A DNA stretch of 64,000 bases from Octopus bimaculoides (Eukaryota). How positions within the stretch are numbered: position 1 is the first letter of the stretch; every line of letters starts with the position of its first letter. The position numbers and the translations under genes are program-made. The stretch covers positions 152,792,061-152,856,060 of the forward strand of contig NC_068981.1 in the NCBI RefSeq assembly GCF_001194135.2. Direction: 5' to 3'. Shown piece by piece: positions 26,982 to 40,466 of the stretch. A model generated the notes under the pieces. The model was not told the origin of the DNA. It did not search any database and worked only from the letters and a program-made list of their open reading frames with translations.

Positions 26982-28437
26982 GATATGTTTAAGTGTATTT
27001 ATGTATGCATATACTCATTCATTCATTCATTCATTCATCAGGGCATATGTCTTCAGCTGAAGGAACCCCTCTCACACACCACCAGCAATTTCGTGCTGAC
27101 GGAGTCATATGTTTCTTTAATTAATTGAAAAAAATGAACGCGCAAGATTTGTTTGAAAGCCAAGAAATTATTTCTACATATGCGAAAGCTTGTAATGCAT
27201 AATTTTTGTGCCATATAATTAAATTACCTTTGTGCGTATGTCATTCTTAATTTGCTATCTAAAATAATACGATTTCATTCTTGTCCCAAAGTGTCTAAAA
27301 TTATAGTTTTCTTCAAATGAAATACTAGTATTGATAGCCAACTATACTGAGCACATTTCCATTTACAAATGTATGTTTTATTTGTAATGCATATACAAGG
27401 GTGAGCAAAAGTTGGTGTACAGTTGCTTAATATGAGTGAAATGTTCTTTCGTTTCTCTAATTTTTTTTCTAAACCTAAGAGATTCATAAGTCGAAAAAGA
27501 GATCTGCGGGAAATGCCTAATTTCCTCAAAGTCCAACCTTTGACCTCATCGTGGTGGGAAGGTTAAATAAGTGAGTGTCAGAGCTCTTCTGTCGGGGACT
27601 TCGAGTCCCTGGCAGGGTGGACAGGTCTGACACTGGCGGTGTAACCCGACTAACTAGAGGACAATGGTGAATTCCAGCGGCGTCTGTTCCAGAATCCGGC
27701 GGCTTCATGGTGGCGTTGGATTGCGTCAGCGGGCATCCTGCGGCGAGAAGGCGTAACACGAGGACGATCTACCACGGGTCATGTATGGTGGTTTACGTAT
27801 TCAAACGGGAACTGTTTTCACGGACTGATCATCCTTTGAAACTCCTATGAACTCACAATAGGAGCCGGCTTAATCCCTCCCGGGTGAATACGGTTATAAA
27901 ATAGGAGAAGAGGGAGATGCCTGGTTCATTGGAAGTTCTCTCTTTTGGTTTCTGGGAACTTTGAGTGAATGCTTGAGTCACTCATATTAAGCATATTAAG
28001 GTAGCGTAGAATAGTTAGTGGGCTGTTATGTAGATAATGTATGTATGTATGTATGTATGTATGTATGTGTTGGTGTATACATATACATATATATACGTAG
28101 ATAGATGTATGTATGTGTGTGTGGGTGGGTGTTTGAATATATATATGTATATGCACATGTATGTAAGCATATGGATATGAAAGTAAACACATCAACATAC
28201 AGACGGATAGTTACATAGGTTATATGAAGAAACAAGCACACATATGCAAATGGAGACTGAAACACATGACCATATATACACACACACTTTACTTCACACA
28301 AGATCACATATGGAGACACACGTCCCCACATATGGAGATGCACATCCATACATACAAGCATAAACACATAGACAGATACATATGCACACACACACATGCA
28401 TACACACACATGCATACATACATACATGCATGCATGT

Positions 28438-28475
<38 letters not shown>

Positions 28476-29063
28476 ATCCACACACATGCGCACAAACAAA
28501 CAAAAAGAACGCTGGGTGAGTAACGGACAGAGTCAACGACTATTGAAAAGGTTGCAAGACGCAACGAAAACTTTAGAAAAATAAAAAAGAAAATAAGTGG
28601 AAATTTTACCTGTGTGTGTGTTAAATTATAAGGCACCAAAAGAGAATGACTCTCCCCAGACACAACAAAATATGCTTCAACACACGAACTCACATAAAGA
28701 TTCTTGCAAACCAACTTCAAAAACGAAGTAAATATTTATATTACTGACCGCCCGTTTTGCCGACGGGGAAATTCAAATGTAAATAGAATTTCTCGTTTCA
28801 CACTTTGATCGAAAATTGAAGTGAGTTAGATGGAGTATTTTAGAATGATCGTTATGTCTTGATACCAACATTATATTGAAAGAGAAAAAAAATAATTAGA
28901 GGGCTTTATTATTTTAATCAAATTTATATCTGCATGGAATTTTGTGTTAGTTGCAACTGAAGGCCCGAATTGGTAAAATTGAAAATATTTTTGGATAAAT
29001 TAAAAGGTCCATTTTTATAATCCAGTTTCTGAAATTCCACTTGAATTTCCAAGTCTGAATGTA

Positions 29064-29497
29064 CGAGGATTGATTGAAACGTTCTTGGGCTGACTATGAA
29101 GGGATGATGCTTGAGCTGTGAAATCTTACATACATTAATTGCTTAATTGCAGCTCTTCTTATTAATAATCGCATTGCTTCTTTCCAAGTAAACTGATATG
29201 TATGTATGTTCAGAGAAGACTTCAAAAGCAACTAGGAGCGACTTCTTTGGACAAGAATTCGGTATCGTGGTGATATTAAGTACCTGCAGAAAAAGCGTTT
29301 AACCCCCAACGACATTCATGTTGATTTATTTGTTACATTAGATGACGCTCCAGCTTTTTCAACAGTGCAAAAAGTAGACCGCTGAGTTTTGGAGGGGAAG
29401 GGAAAGTCCTGAAGATGATCGGTCTGGACGTTCTGTAACTGCCACTACCGAGAAAAAACATTGGTCGTGTTCACCACATGATGATGGACGACAGGCA
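29064..29497 (+). mobile_element. Mariner-like transposon 5' fragment
   Basis: Begins TA|CGAGG. Degenerate HTH region YRGDIKYLQKKRLTPNDIH...STVQK...EDDRSGRSVTATTE...RVHHMMMDDR. Confidence 0.7.
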
Positions 29498-31699
29498 AAG
29501 GATTAGAGTTTAATTTTGAATTAAAGATAAGTTGAAATACATAACAGTTGCTATTGGTATATATTTCAGAATATTTCGGTCGCTTTTTGCATTATTTTGA
29601 ATCAAGTTGCTTTCTTCGTGTTTAATGCCTTTCTTTTACACTTCTACATATACCCATATATATACATACATGCATACATGCATACATACATACGAATGTA
29701 CACGCACACACATTTAAATACATGTGTGTGTGTGTATGTATGTACATGTATGTGTGGTCACGGACAGATTTATTACATGAATAAATATATTAACGTTCAG
29801 ATTACTGTATATTTTTATTTGTTCACGTGATATTTAAAAAAAAAGAATTTTTTATTTTTGAATTAAACATAGTGTATAAAAGCGACATTGTTTAATCCCA
29901 GGTCATCTTTATCGAACATTCCTATAACGAGAAGTGTTCCTCCTGTGATCACCCATTCTTTTCCATATTTAGGAAGGAAGTGTTGAATATGTCTTTCTCT
30001 TCGTTAAGAGGGATTTGACTGCTATTCCTAGAAAATAGAGCTATCACATAGAATCCATCCCGTTGATACGTATTAGATATATTGTAGGGCAGTTTTCACT
30101 GATTTATCACTGGCTAATGTAAACCGATATGATTCAAGGTGTTTCTAAATGTATTAAATTATGTTAGATAGTTTAACCAGTGTTATTTATGGAAAGGAGA
30201 AATTTTCATTACCACCGCCGATTTTGTATCCACGGTTAATCTTATTATATCATTTAAATTACGGCAATTATATCATTAGAATTACGGCAATTTCCAAAGA
30301 TCATCAAGAAGAGGGACTCGCCCTCAAATGGCTGTGTAGACTGATCCTTTACGCTATAAGGCTTTTCTTTCTACCTATGATTAGTAGTTTTAAAAGTTAA
30401 GTCATTTCGCACAATGCGATTCCACTATTTAGATTTGGAGGTCTGATTACAGAGGCTACGCAGGCTAAGACGGCTGTATTGACCAGCAAGCTGTAGCTTT
30501 TACATTGATCTTCCAAGTGAATTGCCTTAAAGGGATAGAGAACTCCACCTAGCCTGAAGTTACCCGGAAGAGAGTCAAAGAGGGCACCGAGCCGCCTAGT
30601 TTCACTTCTTGATTTGCTGTTAATGTTGACACTCTTTTCCCAGGACACTCACAAGGTAGTGAGCTTTGTACTTGAAGTTTCTTCCTTAAAATGCTAATTT
30701 AATCATAGATGGGACCCTAATAGGTGCTACTACTCCCGATCAGAGTAGAGCTGGGAACAATGGTAGCTAAGAGTTGGTTCCACATCTCCTCAAAACCATG
30801 GAACTCCCGAACCAAGGCCTCGGATGCAGTTTAAAGTCATACCCAGGATTAATAATTTAAATCTAGTCCTAATATAGCTACAGTTAATAAAGTATTTTTA
30901 AAATGTACGTTCTCATACACACATGCACACATATGGTTTACTTAGATGGTTGTTTTTGGGAGGGTCCGGTTGTGCCATACACACACACACACACACAAAA
31001 GACACACGTACCTAAGACGAAATCGAAAAAGAAATAGAGAAATTAATAAGTAAATAAGCGAGTTGGGGTTTAGTCAATTATATCGATTCCCAGTACTTGA
31101 TTGATAATTTATTTTATTTACTCCAAGAGGATAAAAGGTAAAGTTGACCTCGGCGGTATTTGTGCTAGGAACATAAATAGATCGAACAAATGCCGTATAA
31201 TATTTTTTATCGAACGTCTAACGATTTTGTCAGCTCGTAATCTTTTACTAATACTTTTGAAATAATTTAATATATTTTACAACTGTACCTTGAAGTCTTC
31301 ATAATCTTTTTCTCAATCCACGTCAAATTTAACTTTATGTTGCAGACGCTTTAGAATTAAAAAGCAGTTATGGGTTGTGGTTTCTACCTCACTTTCTTCC
31401 CGTTTTAAAGAGACCCAATAAAGTCATTGGCGTTGTCCTTTCTCTGAGTAAAAGCCATTAACAAATCTCCAATGGGTTACATAGCACCTGTTGAGTGTTA
31501 AAGTTTTTTATTGCTTCATATGTATTCATAGTCATATATAGGGTTCGAGATACAGTCGTAACTCAAATCCTACCATGAGGTGAAACAATTTGCAGAATAT
31601 GAAAGTTTTAGTGAAATTATATTTATGACATGAGACGACGGACGAAGGTTGCAAATTGACTCAACCAGCATCTCAAAAGTAGCGAAAGGTCCCGCCTAA

Positions 31700-32760
31700 A
31701 AACGACACTGATGGAGATTGAAAAAAGGCTGCAACAATCCTATGTGAGGGAGAGAGCAGACAAAGAAGTCTGGGTTATAAAAAACATTAAGTCAAACGCA
31801 AAGGCCTTTTTTCATTACGCGAAAGAAACAGCCTCAGTACGCTGCAAGATAGGACCCCTCTTCGAAAAGGATGGCTCCCTCACAGAGAGTCCAACTAGGA
31901 TCAGTGAGGTACTGAATGACCAGTTCAAAAGTGTCTTCACCACCCCGTTGGAACACAGACAAGTGAATGAACTAGTGGAATTCTTTGCCATCTCCCCTAT
32001 AACCAGCGAGGCAGTTACGATGGAATACATCGACATTAGCGAAGATGTACTACTAGCAATAGATGAAGTGGACACAAACTCAACTGCTGGTCCTGATGGT
32101 TTCCCAGCAATCCTCCTCAAATCGTGTAAGCATGCTCTGGCAAAACCCCTCCAGATTCTCTTCCAGAGCTTTCTTGCAAATGGCAGACTGCCAAGCAACA
32201 AAGAAGATTGTCTCTTTGCAACTGCTCAGCTACTGGGAAAGGCTGAAATAACTAAGACTCTGCTAGAGAAGGCGGGAGAAGTATGCAGTAATATACATCT
32301 GGAAGATCCTGGAAGGAATTGTGCCAAATTTTAGCATTGAAAGTTACACCAGTNNNNNNNNNNTCCTGGAAGGAATTGTGCCAAATTTTAGCATTGAAAG
32401 TTACACCAGTGCCAGAACGGGACGACACTGCATAGTGCCAAAGATCCCAGCAACACGATCGCGCTTCAGGACCAGTTACTGCAACAGTTTGATTTTCAGG
32501 GGCTCACAACTTTTTAATATTCTCCCAAAGAGCCTGAGGAACCTGCATAAAGTAGATGTAGGTGTTTTAAAATCAAAGCTGGACCTCTTCCTGTCGAGAG
32601 TCCCAGATGAACCTACCTCACGGCAAGAGGTGCAAATGAAGGTAGCTACATCAAACTCCATTCTTCACCAAGCACCACATATTGGAGGAGGCTCTCAGTA
32701 ATAACAGTGTAGCAAAACGGCGGTGCATCAGCATGGCCGCAGCTCTGAGCTGAAACTAGA
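31700..32760 (+). mobile_element. CR1-clade LINE remnant (internally deleted ORF2)
   Basis: IKSNAKAFFHY, LNDQFKSVFT and AGPDGFPAILLK...LAKPLQILFQSFL..G.LP (pre-RT region) joined to a CR1-type C-terminus (LFNILPKSLR...KSKLDLFLSRVPDEP). The RT core is missing. Confidence 0.85.
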
Positions 32761-33725
32761 GGGAAAAAAAAGAATGTACAGTATTTTTAGGATGTTTCCT
32801 TATATATGTTTTGGTTCTTTTCAAAGAAAATAGTTTGTCGTTTTCTCTAAATCAGAACATTATTGAGTTTCTTGGGCTTTATTTCATAGAAGTGATGCAT
32901 GTTTGGTCAGAGTTCGCAGATCGAAATTTGCACAAGTGCGTAAGACAGGTTATAGTAGAGAGAAGAAAAGTATGACCAGCATAGTTAGAGGGTTAAATGT
33001 ATATAGTGAAGAGCTCACTAACGAATTAACAAACCTGTATGGAAATCATAATCAAAACCTTACGGTATATCAGACTTGATGAAACGTCTTGTCCTACATT
33101 TTAGTTCCTGTAAATTTTGTTTTGCTTGACACTTTTTTTAACATCTCATTCGAGTTGTTAATCATTTACTGAACTAATTCACTCTTTGTTAATTTATATT
33201 GTCATATTTTATAATATTGACATCTGTAAATAGATTATATAATTATGCACATTGTAGCGGCGTCAAAATATTGCATTCTACAACTACGTTATTTCATTCT
33301 TCACATGCTAAAGCTGTTAGCAAATTCCTTTGTGTGGTAGGATATTTAAAGGCAATGAGCTTGCACCGTTTGACATAAAATTGGCAAATGCCAGTCATTC
33401 TGTTTTCCATATCTTTCCAAAAGTGAAAAATATTCAGAATTCAAATTGCAGTATAAATAGATTTCGATTTCATTCATTAATTCCAATTTTTAATACAAGG
33501 GTAGATTCAAAATTATAATTAATAATAGCAGTAATGCGTTGGTATAGCAACAGAAAGTACGTGCATTATGTGTGTATATGGACACACACACACAGAAGCA
33601 TGTGATACACGTACACACATCAAACACGTAAACACATCATACACACACACTACACACACACACACACATACACACTCATATACATTTATTATTTTATTTT
33701 TAATAAGATTGGCAATGACTTCGAA

Positions 33726-33760
<35 letters not shown>

Positions 33761-35345
33761 TATATTGATATATTTGAACTAGTACCTTCATCATAGTCGT
33801 TATAGACACAATATTTCAGCAGTTGTAGTCTTCAGTCTTCTTAAGATGCCCTTCGTTTTTAGTAATATTCACGGAATTTCAAACCGAATCCTTCTTTATT
33901 AAATCCACGGGGAAAAAGTGTCCATACGAACCCTTCTCTCTCTAGTTAGCTTCCTTTCTTCTAATGTCGCTTACTCGTTTGTTTGTCTCATTCAACCTCT
34001 GTACACCTACCGAGAATCGTTTCAAATTCACATACAAATGAGATGTGTTCTGGTTAGTATTCGGATCACAGTAACGATCTCCTCTCAAGAAAATCGACGC
34101 ATTACTATCATTTTTTGTCTTCTTTTATAACTAGATTTAAAATCATATATTTTAGAAACAAGGAACTTGGTATATTATTTTGATATTTATTGCTTTCCTT
34201 TACAAAAAAAATCATTAGTAACAAAATTCTCAAGATTTTTTACATTAGGACCCCTTGTTTTCTCTTTTACTCCGATGGACCCCATTAGCCATTCGATGTT
34301 TAAAAAAAAATCATATTTCTATTATTAAATTTTATTAGGAATTGTATTTAAAAAATTAAAATATTTTGTGGATTGTAGAGTAACAACCAATTTATGGCAG
34401 ATAAATTTTAACAACAAAATCTTATATGGGCCACCAAAGGCCATATCGACCCTGGTTGAGAACCACTGCGCTAGGCTCTTCTTGTTCCACTGCGCTTATT
34501 ACAAATCGTGCCAGTTTTTACTCCATACAAAAACAGTCTTTTAACGGAGCAAAAATATATTTACAACTACAAAGGCTTGCTCCGGTTATTAACTCCAAAA
34601 ACATTTATAATCACGTGAATTTACTCTATCTTGGATAAATGGTTTTAAAAAGGTATGGACAATCTTCGTCATGAATTTTACCGTGATATGAGTATTAATG
34701 TTGTCCATCTAGACTATTACATTTTATCAATTGTGGAGTGTTCTTCACTGGGCAAAACAGCTAAGAATAAAACTGAAAAGTTCCTCCTACTACCCTCATA
34801 ATCTTTCAAGATTAACCCACTGGCAAAGTCACCGTTTTTCTGATTAACATAATCTTGTAATAGGCGCAGACATAGCTGTGGGGTAAAGAAGTTTATTTTT
34901 CAATTAAGATAGAGTGGGGATTGACTGCTTGGGCTAGGTGTGTCCCATTATAACCTTACAATGACTTTGGATATTAAATTTGTACGAGGCGGTTTTACGG
35001 AAAACGGTCACCACCCCTTCCTCCACTCATCCACCCACCTACCCACACAAAAACAGAAAGAGAGGAAAGAGAGAATGAGAGAAAGAGAGAGAGAAGAAAT
35101 AGAGAGAGAAGGGAAAGAGAAAAATAGAGAGAAGAGAGAGAAAAGAGAAGAGAGAGAGATGAAAGTAAGAGAGAGATGAAAGTAAGAGAGAGAAGAAAGA
35201 GAGAAGAGAGACATATACACATACAGCATTACCTAGTTTTATCCTGTTTTTGTTTTTTTTAACAGTGGAAATAAGCACAATTGTATTTAGTTTGCAAGAT
35301 TCTTGATGTGAACTCCAGTTTTGAAAAAAATTTTGTTTTTGCTTA

Positions 35346-35700
35346 TTACCTCCGCCAAGGAAGGAGGTTATGTTTTCATCGGTGTTGGTTTGTCCGTCTG
35401 TCTGTCTGTGTGCAAAATAACTCAAAAAGTTGTGAATGGTATTTGATGAAACTTGCAGGAAAAGTTGGTAATGACACAAAGAACAGATGATGAAATTTTG
35501 GTGATGATCCGGGAATTTTTATGGATTCTTGAAAGATTTTTCATTTGTTATTTCTACTTTACATTATACCCCTTGAAACACGCTCATCGTTTCCACGTAA
35601 CCTATGGTGGCGTTGCTGATTCCAAAGTTTATTTTCGTCTCTCTATTTGTAATTTTACTCGCGCATCTATCTTAAAATGAACTGCTTGACGGAGGTCTGC
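35346..35700 (+). mobile_element. Non-autonomous Helentron/DINE-1-like element
   Basis: 5' TTACCTCCGCCAAGG..GGAGGTTATGTTTT and 3' GCTTGACGGAGG subterminal inverted repeats, with a GTCT microsatellite near the 5' end. The 3' end abuts a CR1 fragment. Confidence 0.55.
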
Positions 35701-35704
35701 GGAG

Positions 35705-36095
35705 GATGACATGACAAGCCTTGACTATTGGGATCGACTCAAAAAGCTCAGGCTTTGCTCCCTCCACCGCCGCTGTGAGCTCTATATCTTCTGTAAGATG
35801 TGGAAAATATTCCATCAACATTGCCCATCGTCCGAGGCTTGGCTCCCGTGCCATCCGTCCACTACAAAAATGTTCGTGTCGTATCACAACACTATGACAG
35901 AACTATTTCACCTCAATTGGCCCTGCTCTTTTCAACATCGTGCCAGACACACTTAAAGGAGGAAAGTGACTTCATGGCATTCAAACGATCCTTAGCTGAT
36001 TACCCCCAACAAATACCAGATAAACCACCCACACCCAGATCTGTCTCTGAAAACAATAACCCTCTGCTTGAATGGGCTACGGTTCCCCAGAGCTG
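35705..36095 (+). mobile_element. CR1-clade LINE 3' fragment
   Basis: LDYWDRLKKLRLCSLHRR and FKRSL...QIPDKP, typical of the CR1/L2 ORF2 C-terminus, with frameshifts. Confidence 0.75.
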
Positions 36096-36713
36096 ACTGT
36101 GTATCTCTTCCATGTAGTGCTATTAAATTAAAAATGGCATGAGTCAACTTCGGCTGAAAGTTATCTAAGTAATCTAATCTATGCTGTAACCTATTAATCA
36201 AAGCATGACAACGTGAGGAGAGGCTGATATCTTAACATTTCTGATGGTCTTAAGTATTAAAAAAATATTAAAGAATTACATTTAGAGTATATTTATAAGC
36301 TATTGCGTTTAGACCTGGTTTCTATCCTCAAACTATTCCGTTTTGTAAATGCATTTTATTTTTAATAAAGCACTCCGAAATTAGAAAAATCAAAAATCTG
36401 CAACAATCTCGGTCCCATGAGTATCGGATAATGGATTTTCAACTGTGTAAAGAAACTGATTGTGGTGATCGTAGTTTTGACGGTGATTGTGGTGAAAACA
36501 GAATCAGTGTTGATGATGAGGATGGTCGAGATAAGTACGGGAGGAGGATAAAATAGTATCGGTGGTTATAATGGCGACAGGAGCGGTGTGATGTGTGATA
36601 CTGAGGTGATGGTGGTAATAGTGGTGTTGATGATAGTGTTAGTTGTGTGAAGGTGATATTGTAGTGGTTATACTGGTTGTGGTAGTGAAAGTGACTGTGT
36701 TTTTTTGTTTTTT

Positions 36714-36843
36714 TTACCCCCGCCAAAGAGGTTATGTTTTTGCCGGTGTTGGTTTGGGAAATTGGGCGATTTTCTGCATGCGTGTATATGGGTGGAAATG
36801 AGCTGCTTGGCGGAGGTCTGCGCTCTCCGAGTGCCTTTCTAGT
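36714..36843 (+). mobile_element. Short Helentron/DINE-1-like element, same family
   Basis: CCGCCAAAG ... CTTGGCGG subterminal inverted repeat, then GCGCTCTCCGAGTGC mini-hairpin and CTAG. Confidence 0.55.
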
Positions 36844-37446
36844 TATTATTATTGGCGTAATGAAGACAGTGAGTTGGCAGTATCGTTAGCACGCCGAACA
36901 AAATGATTAGTGGCACTGTCCGTCTTTTTTTCTATTTTTTCGCCCTTTCAAAGCCTAGCCAGGCTCATGGGCCCGGTTTCCCGGTTTCTACGGCGTATGT
37001 GTTCCCCCAGCTGGACGGGACACCAGTCCATCGCAGCGTTACTCAAGAAACAGGAAGAAAGAGTGAGAGAAAGTTGGAGCAAAAGAATACAATAGGGGTC
37101 GCCACCCACCCCTGCCGGAGCCTCGTGGAGCTTAGGTGTTTTCGCTCTATAAACACTCACAACGCACTGTCTGGGAATCGAAACCGCGATCCTCTGACCA
37201 CGAGTCCGCTGCCGCTAACCACTGGGCCATTGCGCCTCCACCCTGTCCGTCTTTACTTCTGAATTAAAAACTGCCGAGCTCTACTTTGCTTTTCACCCTT
37301 TCGGAATCGATAAATAAGTACTGGCACCGATGTAATTGACTAGACCCTGCCACCAAATTTTCAGGCTTTATGCCTATTGCAGAAAGGATTATTATTGATG
37401 CAACGACTCTCCCAAGTTGCAGCAACGGTTGTTTGAATTCACTATA

Positions 37447-37647
37447 CAGTAATACCTCGACTATCGCAGGTGTTACGTTCCAAAACTCCCGCGATAGATG
37501 AAAATCCGCGAAGTATAAACAGTACTGTATTTTTTTTTATTAAGTTTGTAATTTGTATATATTTATTTTATTATAAATGCAAAACAACACCATAGAAGAA
37601 TCGACGTAAGCTTAAGTAATAAGCCGCGATACGGCAAGGGATTACTG
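37447..37647. mobile_element. pogo/Tigger-like MITE
   Basis: TA|CAGTAATACCT... and ...AGGGATTACTG|TA imperfect terminal inverted repeats with TA flanks. Confidence 0.6.
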
Positions 37648-39309
37648 TATTTTGGATAAATAGTTTTAAAAAGACACTGAAAATCTTTAGTTGATCCGGG
37701 AATGTTGATTCACAAAGAAATATTGCATCCAGATAATTCAAAAGTTTATTCAAGGTGGGCTTTGTAAAAATGAACAAATTTAAATCATAAAATAAAATAT
37801 TAATCTTACATTTGAAAACTGTTTTCCTAGGTAAATTTACTTTCATTCGAAACATAGCAATAATTTATATAACTTCTCGAAAAGAATTATTTTACTCGGT
37901 AAATTATTTTATCAATTACTATTAATAGATAAAAATTTTAAATAAAAATAAGATTTTCTCTTTAAAAAGTAGTAGGAAAGTCAGCTTATGATTTTGCCCT
38001 TGAAAAATGTGCCGTTAAGCAAACTTTTAGCTAGCAAAGCGCCTTGTGCCGTGCAGGCATACCGTTGTGTGTGTGTGTGTGTGTGCCTGCGTGTGTGTGC
38101 GTGCGTCCGTGTGTATGCGTGTCAGCTCTCCCCTTGCGTTCCACAAATGTTATTTATTGGTATAATTGTTTGTCGAGAAATAATTCAGATCTGTGAAAGT
38201 TTATTCCAATATATTTTCATTCTTTTAATATTGATATTAAATATTACACGGTATTGATAGATCACTAGTTCAGATACTTCTTAGTATGTGACATGGTCCG
38301 CTAAAGTATCGATTTAATGTGCTTCAACTCGCACTCCACCAAATGGACTTTGTGCCGTAAAAGCAGAAGTTCATATTTAATTATTTTCTATAACAATTTT
38401 ATGTAAGACGTCTTATCTGGATTTTAAGAAAATAACAGCTACTCTTGTAGCTGTTTTGTCCAGGTCAACCCTAATTAAAAAATATCCTAACCATAACCGT
38501 CTCATCTGTTTGTATATTAAGAACTAAATAACTTAAAATGTCCTTCGTGTTTCAAGATGCAAGTCTGTGATTTTCAAGAACTGGAGTGTTATTGCTCGCA
38601 GGTCGAGTGACTGCGTAGAGACTCCTTGTAATACAAGGTTAGTGGTTCCAAATAAAAGTATTTTGGTGCATTCTGAACATGGATTAAAGGTCCATGCACA
38701 ATTTTTTAGTCGTTTGAATCAACCCTATTACTTTTTTTTTTTAAAGCCTGGTACTTACTCTATCATTTTCTTTTGCCAAACCGCTAAGTTACGGCACGTA
38801 AACTCACTAATATCGGTTGTCAAGCGGTGATGGGTGGGGACAAACACAGACACACAGACAAACTTTTCCAAGGTGCCGCACTGCAAGACTGAACCAGGAA
38901 CTATGTGTTTGGGAAGCAAGTTTCTTACTACACAGCCACTCTGAAAACTACTTTGCAATATTTCTTCTGGCATTTTATGTTCTTTGTTCTAGTCCTCCAA
39001 TGGTCAACTTTGCCATTCATTCTTTCGACATCGATAAAATAAAGTAGCATTCAGCTAGGATCGATGGCATCGACTAGTTTTTCCCTCTCGGAATTACTTG
39101 CCTTCAATCTAAATATGAAATTATTACGTTTACGTAACATCTAACAAAATCTTGCGGGCGGCACACCGCTAGGGTACTATTGCTCTTGAGTTTGAAGACC
39201 CAAGTTGCGCTTTATGTTTGCTCGCTTTGTATATTGTTTTAGTGAAATGTAAATAAATTAGTGTATAAGACAAGAGTACTGTTTGTGTATCCCCTAGTTA
39301 TTACAGTTA

Positions 39310-39681
39310 TTACCTCCGCCTTAGCAAATGTGAGAGTATTATTTTCGGTCGCGTTTGTTTGCTTGTTTGTCCGTGGACAAGATATCTGAAAAACCGCTAG
39401 ATGGATTCGGATGAAACTTTTAGGGATGTTTGGTCTCGTGACTGGCACGAACTGATTAGATTTTGGGATTGATCCGGTACTGGACAAGGATTCTGGATTA
39501 CATTACCGTCTTTTTTTTTACTTAATTTTTTAAAACGGCCGGGTGCATTTTTAGTATTCTCGTTTGTGAGAACAGTCGAGTTTATTTCAGATATTCTCAT
39601 TTTAAAAATCATCTCTGGCTAATCGTTGAGAGGACGTTGGTGTTGCCTCGGCGGAGGTTTGCGCTCTATGAGTGCTCTTGT
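39310..39681 (+). mobile_element. Helentron/DINE-1-like element, related family
   Basis: TACCTCCGCC ... GGCGGAGGT subterminal inverted repeat, then GCGCTCTATGAGTGC hairpin. Confidence 0.55.
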
Positions 39682-40413
39682 TTTAATTACCTTAATTCTT
39701 TCTGATGTAGTGTTGCATTGTGTCTGAATAAACAACTACAACTAAGTTTTCTTTTATTCTGGAACTATAATAGTATTGCAATCTAGAATGAAATTGTTAC
39801 TTCGAAATGATTATTTTATAATCATATTCTGGTATAAAATTTTGTTCTTTTACTTATCTTTTACTTGTTTCAGTCATTTCGACTGCGGCCATGTTGGAGC
39901 ACCGCCTTTAGACGAATAAATCGACCCCAGGACTTATTCTTTGTAAGCTTAGTACTTATTCTACCGATCTACTTTGCCGAACCGCTAAGTTACGAGGACG
40001 TAAACACACCAACATCAGTTGTCAAGCGATGGTGGGGGACAAACACACAAACATATAGACATACATATACGACAGGCATCTTTCAGTTTCCGTCTATCAA
40101 TTCCACTCACAAGGGTTTGGTCGGCTCATTGGTTATAGTAGAAGCCACTTATCCAAGGTGCCATGCAGTGAGACTGAACCCGGGACCATGTGGTTAAGAA
40201 GCAAGCTTCTTACCACACAGCCATTCCTGCACCTACAAATCTTTTATCTTTTACTTATTACGGTCATGCTAGGGCACTGCTTTGAAGAATTTTTAGTCGA
40301 ATGAATTGACTCTAGTACATTTTCCTAAGACTGGNNNNNNNNNNNNNNNNNNNNNNNNNNNNNNNNNNNNNNNNNNNNNNNNNNNNNNNNNNNNNNNNNN
40401 NNNNNNNNNNNNN

Positions 40414-40466
<53 letters not shown>

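Noticed and set aside
32300-32413. Exact duplication on both sides of a 10-N gap (also 43730-43808)
   Set aside because: Typical unmerged contig overlap; assembly artefact.
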